Below are positions 45,375-56,800 of a DNA stretch of 64,000 nucleotides, one piece after another (the stretch's first letter is position 1; every line of letters starts with the position of its first letter). The notes under the pieces were generated by a model that made no database searches, was not told the DNA's origin, and saw nothing but the letters and a program-made list of their open reading frames with translations. The position numbers and the translations under genes were made by a program. The stretch is taken from NCBI GenBank assembly GCA_035622755.1, contig DASPUU010000137.1, positions 3,498 to 67,497 of the forward strand, in the 5' to 3' direction. This DNA comes from Myxococcaceae bacterium. Lineage in GTDB: Bacteria; Myxococcota; Myxococcia; Myxococcales; Myxococcaceae.

Positions 45375-45959
45375 TCAGCCCGCCTTCTTGCTCATCGCCA
45401 GCGGGACGCGGAACACCTCCAGCACCTGGGCCACGTCCACCGGCTTGGCGAGGCAGGCCACCGCCCCGGCCTTGAGCGACTGCTCGACCATCTCCGGCGT
45501 GTGGCGGCCGGTCATGGTGATGAGCCGCACCGCCTCAAGGTTCTTGCGCGCCTTGATGCGCCGGCACACCTCGAAGCCGTCCACCTCCGGCATGTTCAGG
45601 TCGATGAGCAGGCCATGCGGCTTGAGCTCGGTGACGAGCAGGAGCGCCTCCACCCCGGAGGTGGTGGTGGTCAGCTCCACCTGGCTCCCGTGGGCCTTGA
45701 AGGCGCGCTTCAGGGCGTCGAGCACCGGCTTCTCATCGTCCACGGCCAGGAGCCGGACCGCCGAGCTGCCCAGCTCCTCGGGAACGGGCATCTGGTGGGC
45801 GATGAGAAAGGAGCGGAGGTCGCCCCCGCGCACGCGGCGGTGACCACCCGGGGTCCGGAAGGCGATGAGGATTCCCCGGTCGATCCACTTGCTGACCGTG
45901 GAGGGGTCTACCTGGAGCAACCGGCTGATGTCATGGGTCGTGTAGAGCGTGTCCGTCAT
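45375..45959 (-). CDS. excisionase/MerR-type HTH - response-regulator receiver protein
   Basis: N-terminal HTH (YTTHDISRLLQVDPSTVSKWIDRGIL..FRTPGGHRRV). Receiver with DDE pocket and acceptor D in LLIDLNMP, K in LAKP. 194 aa. Lies 26 nt upstream of the kinase remnant. Confidence 0.8.
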   Translation of the reverse strand: MTDTLYTTHDISRLLQVDPSTVSKWIDRGILIAFRTPGGHRRVRGGDLRSFLIAHQMPVPEELGSSAVRLLAVDDEKPVLDALKRAFKAHGSQVELTTTTSGVEALLLVTELKPHGLLIDLNMPEVDGFEVCRRIKARKNLEAVRLITMTGRHTPEMVEQSLKAGAVACLAKPVDVAQVLEVFRVPLAMSKKAG

Positions 45960-46076
45960 GGCCTCGACCCGTCCTGAAACCTGGACTGCGCGGGCATCCT
46001 GCCCCCAAGCCCTGGGGCAGGGAAGGCGAATTTCTGCTTTTCCCTGGCCTGGGCGTGGTCGGCCCGGACCCGGGGC

Positions 46077-48571
<2,495 letters not shown>

Positions 48572-48635
48572 TCACCAGAGCCTGACGTCCGTTCGAACCC
48601 GGGCGGAGTCGGACGGTGACGGCGGACGGCGCGGG

Positions 48636-49403
48636 TCAGACCCCCCGCTTTCGCGCGGCGAGCTCGGCCTCCGCCCGCGCCAGATCCGCCGGCGTGTCCA
48701 CGCCGATGCTGGCCGCCTCGGTGCGCAGGCAGCGGATGCGGATGCCGTGCTCCAGGGCGCGGAGCTGCTCCAGCGACTCGGCCAGCTCGAGCGTGCCCGG
48801 GGGGAGCTGGGCCAGCCGGAGCAGGGTGGGCCGGCGGTAGCCATAGAGGCCGACGTGGGCGAAGCGGGCCACCCGCCCGCCGCCCCGGTCGAAGGGGATG
48901 TCCATCCGGCTGAAGTAGAGGGCGTCGCCCCGGGCATCGGGAACCACCTTGACCACGTGCGGGCTGAGGCGCTCGGCCGGGTCCTCGAGCGGGCGGACCA
49001 GGGTGGCCATCTCCACCCGCACGTCGGCGAAGGCCTCGACCAGGAGGCGGAGAGCGTCGGGGTGCACCAGCGGCTCGTCGCCCTGGAGGTTGACCACCAC
49101 CTCCGGTGCCTCGGGAGGAAGCCGCGCGGCCACCTCGGCCACGCGATCCGTGCCGGATCGGTGCGCGGGCGAGGTGCGCTCCACCTCTCCCCCGAAGCCG
49201 GCCACCGCCTCGGCGATGCGGTCGTCGTCGGTGGCCACCAGCACCCGCTCGAAGGCGCGGGAGGCCCGGGCCGCCTCCACCACGTGCTGGATGAGCGGGC
49301 GCCCGGCCAGAGGAGCCAGCGGCTTGCCGGGAAAGCGGGTCGAGCCCCACCGCGCGGGGATGATGGCCAGGGCCCGCACCGCCACGTCGACGTCGAGGGG
49401 CAT
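48636..49403 (-). CDS. kdsB: 3-deoxy-manno-octulosonate cytidylyltransferase
   Basis: AIIPARWGSTRFPGKPLA...GRPLIQHV, VNLQGDEP, YGYR. ATG 49403 (ATG 49424 alternative) inside track ORF 48636..50621. Confidence 0.9.
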   Translation of the reverse strand: MPLDVDVAVRALAIIPARWGSTRFPGKPLAPLAGRPLIQHVVEAARASRAFERVLVATDDDRIAEAVAGFGGEVERTSPAHRSGTDRVAEVAARLPPEAPEVVVNLQGDEPLVHPDALRLLVEAFADVRVEMATLVRPLEDPAERLSPHVVKVVPDARGDALYFSRMDIPFDRGGGRVARFAHVGLYGYRRPTLLRLAQLPPGTLELAESLEQLRALEHGIRIRCLRTEAASIGVDTPADLARAEAELAARKRGV

Positions 49404-49460
49404 CGTTCCCGCGCAGGGTAGCATTCCCGCGGCCCGTGCCAGCCCCCCGGGGAGTCTCCT

Positions 49461-50603
49461 ATGGTGCGAGCCGTGCCCGGGCGACCCGAGGTCGGCGTCG
49501 AGGTGAGGGAGGCGTCCGGCGGCGCGGTGCTGGCGCTGTCCGGGGCGCTCGACGTGCAGAGCGCGGCGGCGGCGCGCCGGACCATCGCCTCCCGCCTGGG
49601 GACCGGCACCTTCACCCGGGTGGAGGTCGACGCCAGCGGCATCGAGCACGGCGATGCCTCGGGCATGGTCATCCTCTACGAGCTCGCCCAGGGGCGCTTC
49701 ACCCCCGGCGTCCGGGCCGTCGTGCGCGGGCTCCGGCCGGAGCTGGAGAAGCTCCTCGCCGCCTTCCCCCCTCCGGCCATGGCCGAGGGGGCGCGCGACC
49801 GGCCCAGGCCGCTCTCCGTCCCGGTCGAGGTGGGACGGGCCACCCTCGGCCTTCGCCGGGACGTGGTCGAGGTGGTCCGATTCCTCGGCCAGATGACGCT
49901 GGCCATGGGCGGCATCGTGCGCCGCCCGCGCGGGCTCAGAGTCGGCGAGCTGGCCCGGGTCTTCGAGAAGGCCGGCGCCAACGCCTTCGGAATCGTCTCC
50001 CTGATCAGCCTCCTCACCGGGCTGATCATCGCCTTCGAGGCGGCGCAGCCGCTGAAGCAGTTCGGGGCGCAGATCTACATCGCCAACATGATCGGCCTGG
50101 TCATGGTGCGCGAGCTGGGTCCGATCATGACGGCCATCGTCTTCGCCGGCCGGTCCGGCTCGGCCTTCGCCGCCGAGCTGGGGACGATGAAGGTCAACGA
50201 GGAGCTCGACGCCCTGCGGACGATGGGCCTCGACCCGGCGCGCTTCCTGGTCGTGCAGCGCGTGCTGGCCGGCACCCTGGCCATGCCGCTCCTGACCGCC
50301 TACTCCATGGCCATGGGCATCCTCGGCGGGGTGATCGTCACCCGTCTGATGGGATTCCCGCTGCCGCTCATCTGGCAGCAGCTCTCCGGTGCGCTCGGTC
50401 TGAGAGACATCCTCTTCGGCCTGACCAAGGCGGTGGTCTTCGGAACGGTGGTCGCCGGGCTGGGGTGCTACCAGGGGGTCCACACCCGCCAGGGTCCGAG
50501 CGCGGTGGGCGACTCGGCCACCCGGGCGGTGGTGGCCAGCATCCTGATGATCATCGTCGTCGATGCCGTGTTCTCGGTCATCGCCTACCTCCTCCACGTA
50601 TGA
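49461..50603 (+). CDS. mlaE: MlaE-family ABC transporter permease with N-terminal STAS (MlaB-like) domain
   Basis: The first ~100 aa resemble an anti-sigma-antagonist/STAS fold (LALSGALDVQSAAAARRTI...VDASGIEHGDASGMVIL). The remainder is MlaE-like (GPIMTAIVFAGRSGSAFAAELGTMKVNEELDAL..MG.DP). Confidence 0.8.
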   Translation: MVRAVPGRPEVGVEVREASGGAVLALSGALDVQSAAAARRTIASRLGTGTFTRVEVDASGIEHGDASGMVILYELAQGRFTPGVRAVVRGLRPELEKLLAAFPPPAMAEGARDRPRPLSVPVEVGRATLGLRRDVVEVVRFLGQMTLAMGGIVRRPRGLRVGELARVFEKAGANAFGIVSLISLLTGLIIAFEAAQPLKQFGAQIYIANMIGLVMVRELGPIMTAIVFAGRSGSAFAAELGTMKVNEELDALRTMGLDPARFLVVQRVLAGTLAMPLLTAYSMAMGILGGVIVTRLMGFPLPLIWQQLSGALGLRDILFGLTKAVVFGTVVAGLGCYQGVHTRQGPSAVGDSATRAVVASILMIIVVDAVFSVIAYLLHV

Positions 50604-51385
50604 GCGCGCCCGCGGGAGCACCGGCCATCGTCGTGGAGGACCTGACCATCGGCTACGGCGAGCGCATCGTGCAGCAGTCCCTGCATTTCGAGGTCCGCCG
50701 GGGAGAGGTGTTCGTCATCCTCGGGGGCTCGGGGTGCGGGAAGAGCACCCTCCTCAAGGTGATGATCGGCCTCGCCCCGCCGCTCGGGGGGCGCGTCCTC
50801 TTCGACGGGGTGGACATGGTCACCGCCCAGGGGGCCGAGCGGCTCGCCCTCTTGCGCAAGTTCGGGGTCATGTACCAGAGCGGGGCGCTCTTCGGCTCGA
50901 TGAACCTCCTGGAGAACGTCCGTCTCCCGCTCGACGAGTTCACCCGGCTGGAGATCGAGGAGCGCCACCTGGTGGCCCTGACCAAGCTCAACCAGGTCGG
51001 ACTGCTGGAGGCCGCCCGGCGCATGCCCGCCGAGCTCTCCGGGGGGATGCAGAAGCGCGCCGGCATCGCCCGGGCGATGGCGCTCGACCCGGGCATCCTC
51101 TTCCTCGACGAGCCCTCGGCCGGGCTCGACCCGATCACCTCCGCCGGGCTGGATCGGCTGATCCGCGAGCTGTCGCGCAGCTTCGGGATCACCTTCGTCG
51201 TCGTCACCCACGAGCTGCAGAGCATCTTCGCCATCGCCGACCGCTGCATCATGCTCGACGCCAAGCGCAGGACGATCATCGCCGAGGGGAAGCCCGCCGA
51301 CCTCCGGGACCACTCCCGGGACCCGGCGGTGCGGCAGTTCTTCCGGCGCGAGGCGGAGCCGGAGGCGGAACGGGGGACCGGATGA
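50600..51385 (+). CDS. mlaF: MlaF-type ABC transporter ATP-binding protein
   Basis: Walker A GGSGCGKST, signature LSGGMQKR, Walker B LFLDEPSAGLDP. ATGA overlap at both ends. Confidence 0.85.
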   Translation: MSAPAGAPAIVVEDLTIGYGERIVQQSLHFEVRRGEVFVILGGSGCGKSTLLKVMIGLAPPLGGRVLFDGVDMVTAQGAERLALLRKFGVMYQSGALFGSMNLLENVRLPLDEFTRLEIEERHLVALTKLNQVGLLEAARRMPAELSGGMQKRAGIARAMALDPGILFLDEPSAGLDPITSAGLDRLIRELSRSFGITFVVVTHELQSIFAIADRCIMLDAKRRTIIAEGKPADLRDHSRDPAVRQFFRREAEPEAERGTG

Positions 51386-52308
51386 GCGAGCGAGCCCACG
51401 AGTTCAAGATCGGCATCTTCGTCCTGGCCGCGGTGGGGCTGATCATCGCCGGCCTGGTCGCCTTCGCCTTCAGCCGCGACGTCGAGCCGATGTACCACTT
51501 CGAGACCTACGTCCCCGGCGACGTGGAGGGGCTCTCGGTGGGCTCGGCGGTCACCCTGCGCGGGGTGAACGTGGGCCAGGTGACGGCCATCCGCTTCTCG
51601 TGGATCGAGTACCCCCCCGGCCATCCGGGCTCGGTGGTCATCCGCTTCGACATGGCCCGGTCCATGGGGCCGGTCCAGCTGGACGGCGACCCGGCCGTCT
51701 TCCTGAACGATCGCGTCTCCAAGGGCCTGCGCGCGGTGGTGCAGGGCCAGGGGATCACCGGGACCAGCATCCTGGCGCTGAAGTACGTCGACCCGAAGAA
51801 GTACCCGCCGCTCGAGTTTTCCTGGACGCCGAAGTACCCCTACATCCCCTCCGCTCCCAGCGAGTTCAGCCAGATCCTGGCCGCGGTCAACGCCACCCTG
51901 AGCAGCATCGAGAAGATCGACTTCGAGGGGCTGGGCCGCACCGTCCAGGGAAAGCTCGACGACCTCGACGTGCGGGCCATCTCGGTGGAGCTGCAGCAGC
52001 TGGTCCTCGAGTCGAAGACCACCGTCCGGGACATCCGCAGCCAGCTTCAGTCGATGCATCTGGACGAGGTGGGGAAGAATGCCAACCAGCTCCTCCTCGG
52101 GCTGCAGGACACCAACGTGCGTCTGGAGCGGACGGCGAACCGGCTCTCCGGGGTCGACTTCCGCAACCTGAACGACACGCTGGCCGGCACCCGGGAGGCG
52201 ACCCGCGAGCTGAACGAGGTGCTGGACATCCTCAAGCGCTACCCATCCGGCTTCCTCTTCGGAGATCCACCCCCGCCGGCGCCCGTCCTGGGCAAGGAGA
52301 AGAAGTGA
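51382..52308 (+). CDS. mlaD: MCE/MlaD-family substrate-binding protein
   Basis: N-terminal TM anchor (FKIGIFVLAAVGLIIAGLVAFAF), MCE core (GLSVGSAVTLRGVNVGQVTAI), helical C-terminal region. Confidence 0.75.
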   Translation: MSERAHEFKIGIFVLAAVGLIIAGLVAFAFSRDVEPMYHFETYVPGDVEGLSVGSAVTLRGVNVGQVTAIRFSWIEYPPGHPGSVVIRFDMARSMGPVQLDGDPAVFLNDRVSKGLRAVVQGQGITGTSILALKYVDPKKYPPLEFSWTPKYPYIPSAPSEFSQILAAVNATLSSIEKIDFEGLGRTVQGKLDDLDVRAISVELQQLVLESKTTVRDIRSQLQSMHLDEVGKNANQLLLGLQDTNVRLERTANRLSGVDFRNLNDTLAGTREATRELNEVLDILKRYPSGFLFGDPPPPAPVLGKEKK

Positions 52309-52952
52309 GCGCGCGAGCGTTCCCGATCCCCGCGGCGGGCCTCCTGCTCGTCGGCCTGGCCTGCGTCTCCAAGCCGGCGGTGGGGCCGCAGATCTACGCC
52401 ATCGATCCCCCGCCCATCCGGGCGCCGCCGTCCACCACCGGGGCTCGCGTCGTGGCGTTGAGCCGGGTGGAGGTGGCCCCGCAGTTCGCCGGCCGGGCGC
52501 TCACCTACCGGTCCGGCCCGCACAGCTTCGAGCGCGACCCGTACGCCGCGCTGGCCGCCTCCCCGCGGGAGCTGGTGCTCGCCCTGCTCCGCGCCTCGCT
52601 GGCCAACGCCGACTTCGTCCGCGAGGTGGTGGAGCCGGGCGGACCGGTGGCTCCCGACGTCCTGGTGGAGGCGTACCTGAGCGACCTGGAGGGGGACTTC
52701 ACCGTCCCGGACAAGCCGGCCGCGGCGGTGGCGCTGGAGATGGTCATCCTCCCGGTGCCGCCCGCGCCCGAGCCCATCCTGCCCGTGCTCCGCAAGGTCT
52801 ACGCGCGCCGGCTCCCGCTCGCGGAGAAGTCGGCCGGCGCCGTGGCCGACGCCTGGAACCAGGGCCTGAACGGCATCGTCGAGGAATTCCTGGCCGACGC
52901 CCGGGCGGCGCTGGCCTGTCCGCCGCCTGCTCCAGCCGGCGCTCCGCGCTGA
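52305..52952 (+). CDS. ABC-type transport auxiliary lipoprotein (YmbA/PqiC-like)
   Basis: GTG 52305 overlaps the mlaD stop (GTGA). Lipobox LVGLAC. Position as last gene of an MCE operon. Assignment mostly contextual. Confidence 0.5.
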   Translation: MSARAFPIPAAGLLLVGLACVSKPAVGPQIYAIDPPPIRAPPSTTGARVVALSRVEVAPQFAGRALTYRSGPHSFERDPYAALAASPRELVLALLRASLANADFVREVVEPGGPVAPDVLVEAYLSDLEGDFTVPDKPAAAVALEMVILPVPPAPEPILPVLRKVYARRLPLAEKSAGAVADAWNQGLNGIVEEFLADARAALACPPPAPAGAPR

Positions 52953-53087
52953 AAATCGGACCGACGCCGCCGGGCGGCCCGTGCTAGAGAACGACGTTTC
53001 CCCGGCCGCCGCGGGCTCGTTTCCGGACCTGCACGTCGAAGGCACCCGCACGGGGGGCGGCCGTCTCACCACACTCGAGGAGGAAGC

Positions 53088-53855
53088 ATGCTCGCAAGAA
53101 ATGCAGCGCTGGCCCTTCTGTTCGTCGCCGCTCCGGGATTTCCCGCGCTCGCGCAGGCCCCGGGAAACCTTTCCGAGATCAACTTCGAGCAGCCCAAGCC
53201 CGGGATGACCAAGCAATACGAGGCCGGCCGCAAGAAGCACATGGCCTGGCACAAGGCCCAGAAGGACACCTGGGCCTGGTACGTCTGGGAGGTGCTGTCC
53301 GGCGAGAACGCCGGCTCGTACATCATCGGCACCTTCCAGCACACCTGGAAGGACTTCGACGGCCGGGAGAAGATGCTCGGGGCCGATCTGGCCGACTACG
53401 AGGTCAACGTCGGTCCGTCGACGGCCCACACCACCGTCCGGTACTACGCCGAGCGCCCGGACATGAGCCTGTCGCCCACCACCGCCGCCAGCACTCCGGC
53501 GCCGATGATCTCGGTCAGCCTCTTCTTCATCAAGCCCGAGTCGGGCAACGACTTCGTCGAGGCGGTGAAGAAGATCAACGAGGGCATCAAGAAGACCAAC
53601 TACCCGGTGGCCGGGCCGAGCCGCTGGTACCAGCTGGTCAACGGCGGCGAGGTGCCGCTCTACGTCCTGGTCGGAGACCGGGCGAACTGGGCCGCCTTCC
53701 AGCCCAACGACAAGACGCTCGATGCCATGATGGAGGAGGCCTACGGCAAGGAGCAGGGCGCGGCCATCCTCGCCTCCGGACGGAAGGCCATCCGGATGCA
53801 GACCGTCTCCGCCCACAAGTACCGGCCCGACCTGAGCTACATCCCGGCCAAGTAG
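53088..53855 (+). CDS. secreted hypothetical protein with weak internal two-fold repeat
   Basis: GAGGAGGAAGC directly before ATG 53088. Signal peptide MLARNAALALLFVAAPGFPALAQA. 255 aa. Family not recognised. Confidence 0.6.
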   Translation: MLARNAALALLFVAAPGFPALAQAPGNLSEINFEQPKPGMTKQYEAGRKKHMAWHKAQKDTWAWYVWEVLSGENAGSYIIGTFQHTWKDFDGREKMLGADLADYEVNVGPSTAHTTVRYYAERPDMSLSPTTAASTPAPMISVSLFFIKPESGNDFVEAVKKINEGIKKTNYPVAGPSRWYQLVNGGEVPLYVLVGDRANWAAFQPNDKTLDAMMEEAYGKEQGAAILASGRKAIRMQTVSAHKYRPDLSYIPAK

Positions 53856-53865
53856 CGGCCGGCCG

Positions 53866-56800
53866 TCAGCCGAGCACGGCGAGCAGGTCCCCTGCCTGGA
53901 CCCGGCCCTTCAGGGAGGGGACCAGCTCTCTCACCGTGGCCGCGCGCGGGGCGCGGACCACCGTCTCCATCTTCATCGCTTCCAGGGTGAGCAGCGGCGC
54001 CCCGGCGGCCACCGCGTCGCCCACCCGGGCGTGGAGGGCGATGACCGTCCCGGGCATCGAGGCGCCGACCTGGTCGGCATTGCCCTTCTCCGCCTTCCGG
54101 GCCTCCTGGACCAGCGGCGCTCGCGCCCGGTCGCGCACCACCACCTGTCGCCCGTGACCGTTGAGCTCGAAGTAGACGGTGCGCATCCCGTTCTCGTCCG
54201 GCTCGCCCACCGCGGAGAGCGCGATGACCAGGGTCTTCCCCGGCTCGAGGTCGACGAACACCTCCTGCCCCACCTCCAGCCCGTAGAAGTAGAGGGGGGT
54301 GTCGAGGATGGAGACGTCCTCGAAGCGGGCGTAGGCGTCGAGGAACTCGTCCATCACCCGGGGGTAGAGCGCCGCCGAGAGCGCCTCGTCCCGGCGCGCC
54401 GGCCGGCCGGTCCGCTCGGAGAGCTTCGCCCGGACCGCCTCCAGGTCCATCGGCGGCAGGCTCGCCCCGGGCCGTCCCACCACCACCGGGAGGCCCTTGA
54501 GCACCGCCCGGCGCAGGTCCTCGGGGAAGCCGCCCGGGGGATTGCCGAGCTGACCCTGGAAGTAGCCGACCACGCTGGTGGGAAAGTCCAGCCGCTCCGC
54601 CTCGGCCAGGACGCGGGAGCGGGTGGCGGCCACGGTGGCGTCGAAGGTCGGGCCCTTCACCAGGAGGTCGTTCTTGAGGAGGAAGATGGCCAGGTCGCCG
54701 ACCATCTTCGAGGAGGGCGTCACCTTGGGGATGTCGCCGACGAGCATGTTCACCACGGCGAAGGCGTCCTTCACGTCGTTCCAGCGCGGGAGGAGCCCCA
54801 GCTCGGCCACCTGCGGCCGGAGGTTCGAGTACTGCCCGCCGGGAATCTCGTGGTAGTAGACCTCGGAGGTCGAGCTCTTCAGGCCGCACTCGAAGGGGCT
54901 GTAGGGCTCCCGCACGTCCTCCCAGTAGTTGGCCAGCGGCTGGAGCAGCTTGTTGGTGATGCCGGTGTCGCGCGGGTGCCCGCGTAGCGCCGAGACGAGG
55001 GCGTTCATCGAGGGCTGGCTGGTCAGCCCGGCCATCGGCGCGAAGGCCACGTCGACGATGTCCACGCCATGGTCGATGGCCACCTGGTAGGCGGCGCCGC
55101 CGTTCCCCGAGGTGTCGTGGGTGTGGAGGTGGATGGGGAGGTGGGTCGCCTCCTTGAGGCGGTCGATGAGGAAGGCCGCCGCCCGGGGGCGGAGCAGCCC
55201 GGCCATGTCCTTGATGCACAGGAAGTGGGCGCCCATGTCCTCGATGCGCCGGGCCAGGTCCGCGTAGTAGGCCAGGTCGTACTTGGGGCGCTTCTCGTTG
55301 GAGACGTCGCCCGTGTAACACATGGCCACCTCGGCCACCTTGCCGGTGCGGAGGATGCGCCGGACGCTGACCTCCATCGATTCCAGATCGTTGAGCGAAT
55401 CGAAGACCCGGAAGACGTCGATGCCCGCCTCGGCCGCCTCGTCGACGAAGGCCTCCACCACGTTGTCCGGGTAGCTGGTGTAGCCGACGGCGTTGGCGCC
55501 GCGGAGCAGCATTTGGAGCAGGAGGTTGGGCACCGCGGCGCGCAGCGCGCGGAGGCGGGCCCAGGGATCCTCGTTGAGGAAGCGGTAGGCGGTGTCGAAG
55601 GTGGCCCCGCCCCAGCACTCGAGCGAGAAGAGGGCCGGGGCCAGCCGGACGGTGGCCGGAGCGATGCGCAAGAGATCCGTGGTCCGGAGCCGGGTGGCGA
55701 GGAGGCTCTGGTGGGCGTCCCGCATGGTGGTGTCGGTGAGGAGCACCCGCTCCTGCGCCTTGACCCACTCCGCCAGGCCTCGCGGGCCCTTCTGGTCGAG
55801 GATCTGCTTCGTCCCGGCCGGGGGAGGCCCCGGGGGAACGGCCGGGACGCGGGGCGGGGCGAATTCGCGGGACCGGCGCCGCAGCGCCCGCGGGATGGTG
55901 GGGTGGCCGTTGACGATGACCTCCCCCAGGTACTGGAGCAGCTTCGTCGCCCGGTCGCGGCGGGGGGCGAACTGGAAGAGAGATGGCGTCTCCTCGATGA
56001 AGCGGGTGTACGTCTCGCCCCGGAGGAAAGGCTCCGACTGGAGCACGTTCTCCAGGAAGTGGAGATTGGTCTTCACCCCGCGGATGCGGAACTCGCGCAG
56101 CGCGCGCTGGCCCTTGCGCACCGCCCCCCGGAAGGTGGGCGCGTAGGCGATCATCTTGACCAGGAGGGAGTCGTAGGAGGGGGAGATGACCGCGCCCGGG
56201 TAGCCGTTCCCGCCGTCGAGCCGGATGCCGAATCCGGTGGCCGGACGCCAGGCCTGGATGGTCCCCGAGTCGGGGAGGAAGTTGTTGGCCGGGTCCTCGG
56301 TGGTCACTCGGAGCTGCACGGCGAAGCCGCGCGGCTGGATGGCGGACTGACCCTCGATGCCGATCTCCGGGGAGCTCAGGGGGTAGCCCTCGGCGATGCG
56401 CAGCTGGGCCTGGACCAGGTCGACGCCGGTCACCTGCTCGGTGCAGGTGTGCTCCACTTGAAGTCGGGCGTTGACCTCGATGAAGTAGATGTCCTCGCCG
56501 GCGACGAGGAACTCCACCGTCCCGGCGCTGGTGTACTCGGCCGCGCGCATCAGCTTCAGGGCGGCGTCGAAGAGGCGCTGGCGGACGGAGTCGGCCAGGT
56601 TGGGCGCCGGCGCGATCTCGATGATCTTCTGGTAGCGGCGCTGCACCGAGCACTCGCGCTCGTGCAGGTGGACCAGCGCGCCGTGCAGGTCTCCCAGCAC
56701 CTGGACCTCGACGTGGCGGACCCGGGGGAGGTAGCGCTCGAGGAAGACGGCCGGGCTCCCGAAGGCGGCCTGCGACTCGGATCGGGCGGCGGCCAGCATG

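Noticed and set aside
45375-45959. An excisionase-family HTH might indicate a prophage or integrative element next to the kinase array.
   Set aside because: The HTH is fused to a receiver domain (a regulator architecture). No integrase, att-like repeats, tRNA target or phage genes are present in the window.
45998-46021. 8-bp hairpin CCTGCCCC-N8-GGGGCAGG between kdsA and the HTH-receiver gene, with a T-rich run on the + strand after it.
   Set aside because: The T-rich side is downstream only for + strand transcription, and no + strand gene ends here. For the - strand (kdsA) the hairpin lacks a following U-tract. The terminator role is unproven in either direction.
46035-46050. On the - strand, AGGCCAGGGAAAAGCA (GG-N10-GC spacing correct) ~78 nt upstream of the HTH-receiver gene that heads the kinase array.
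   Set aside because: Only the GG, GC and a few flanking bases match. GG-N10-GC occurs by chance very often in GC-rich DNA. Kept only as a weak possibility.
48591-48600. T-loop-like GTTCGAACCC in the kdsB-pyrG gap.
   Set aside because: The flanking bases do not form a T-stem or any other tRNA arm. More likely part of a simple hairpin (CGTCCG...CGGACG on the - strand).
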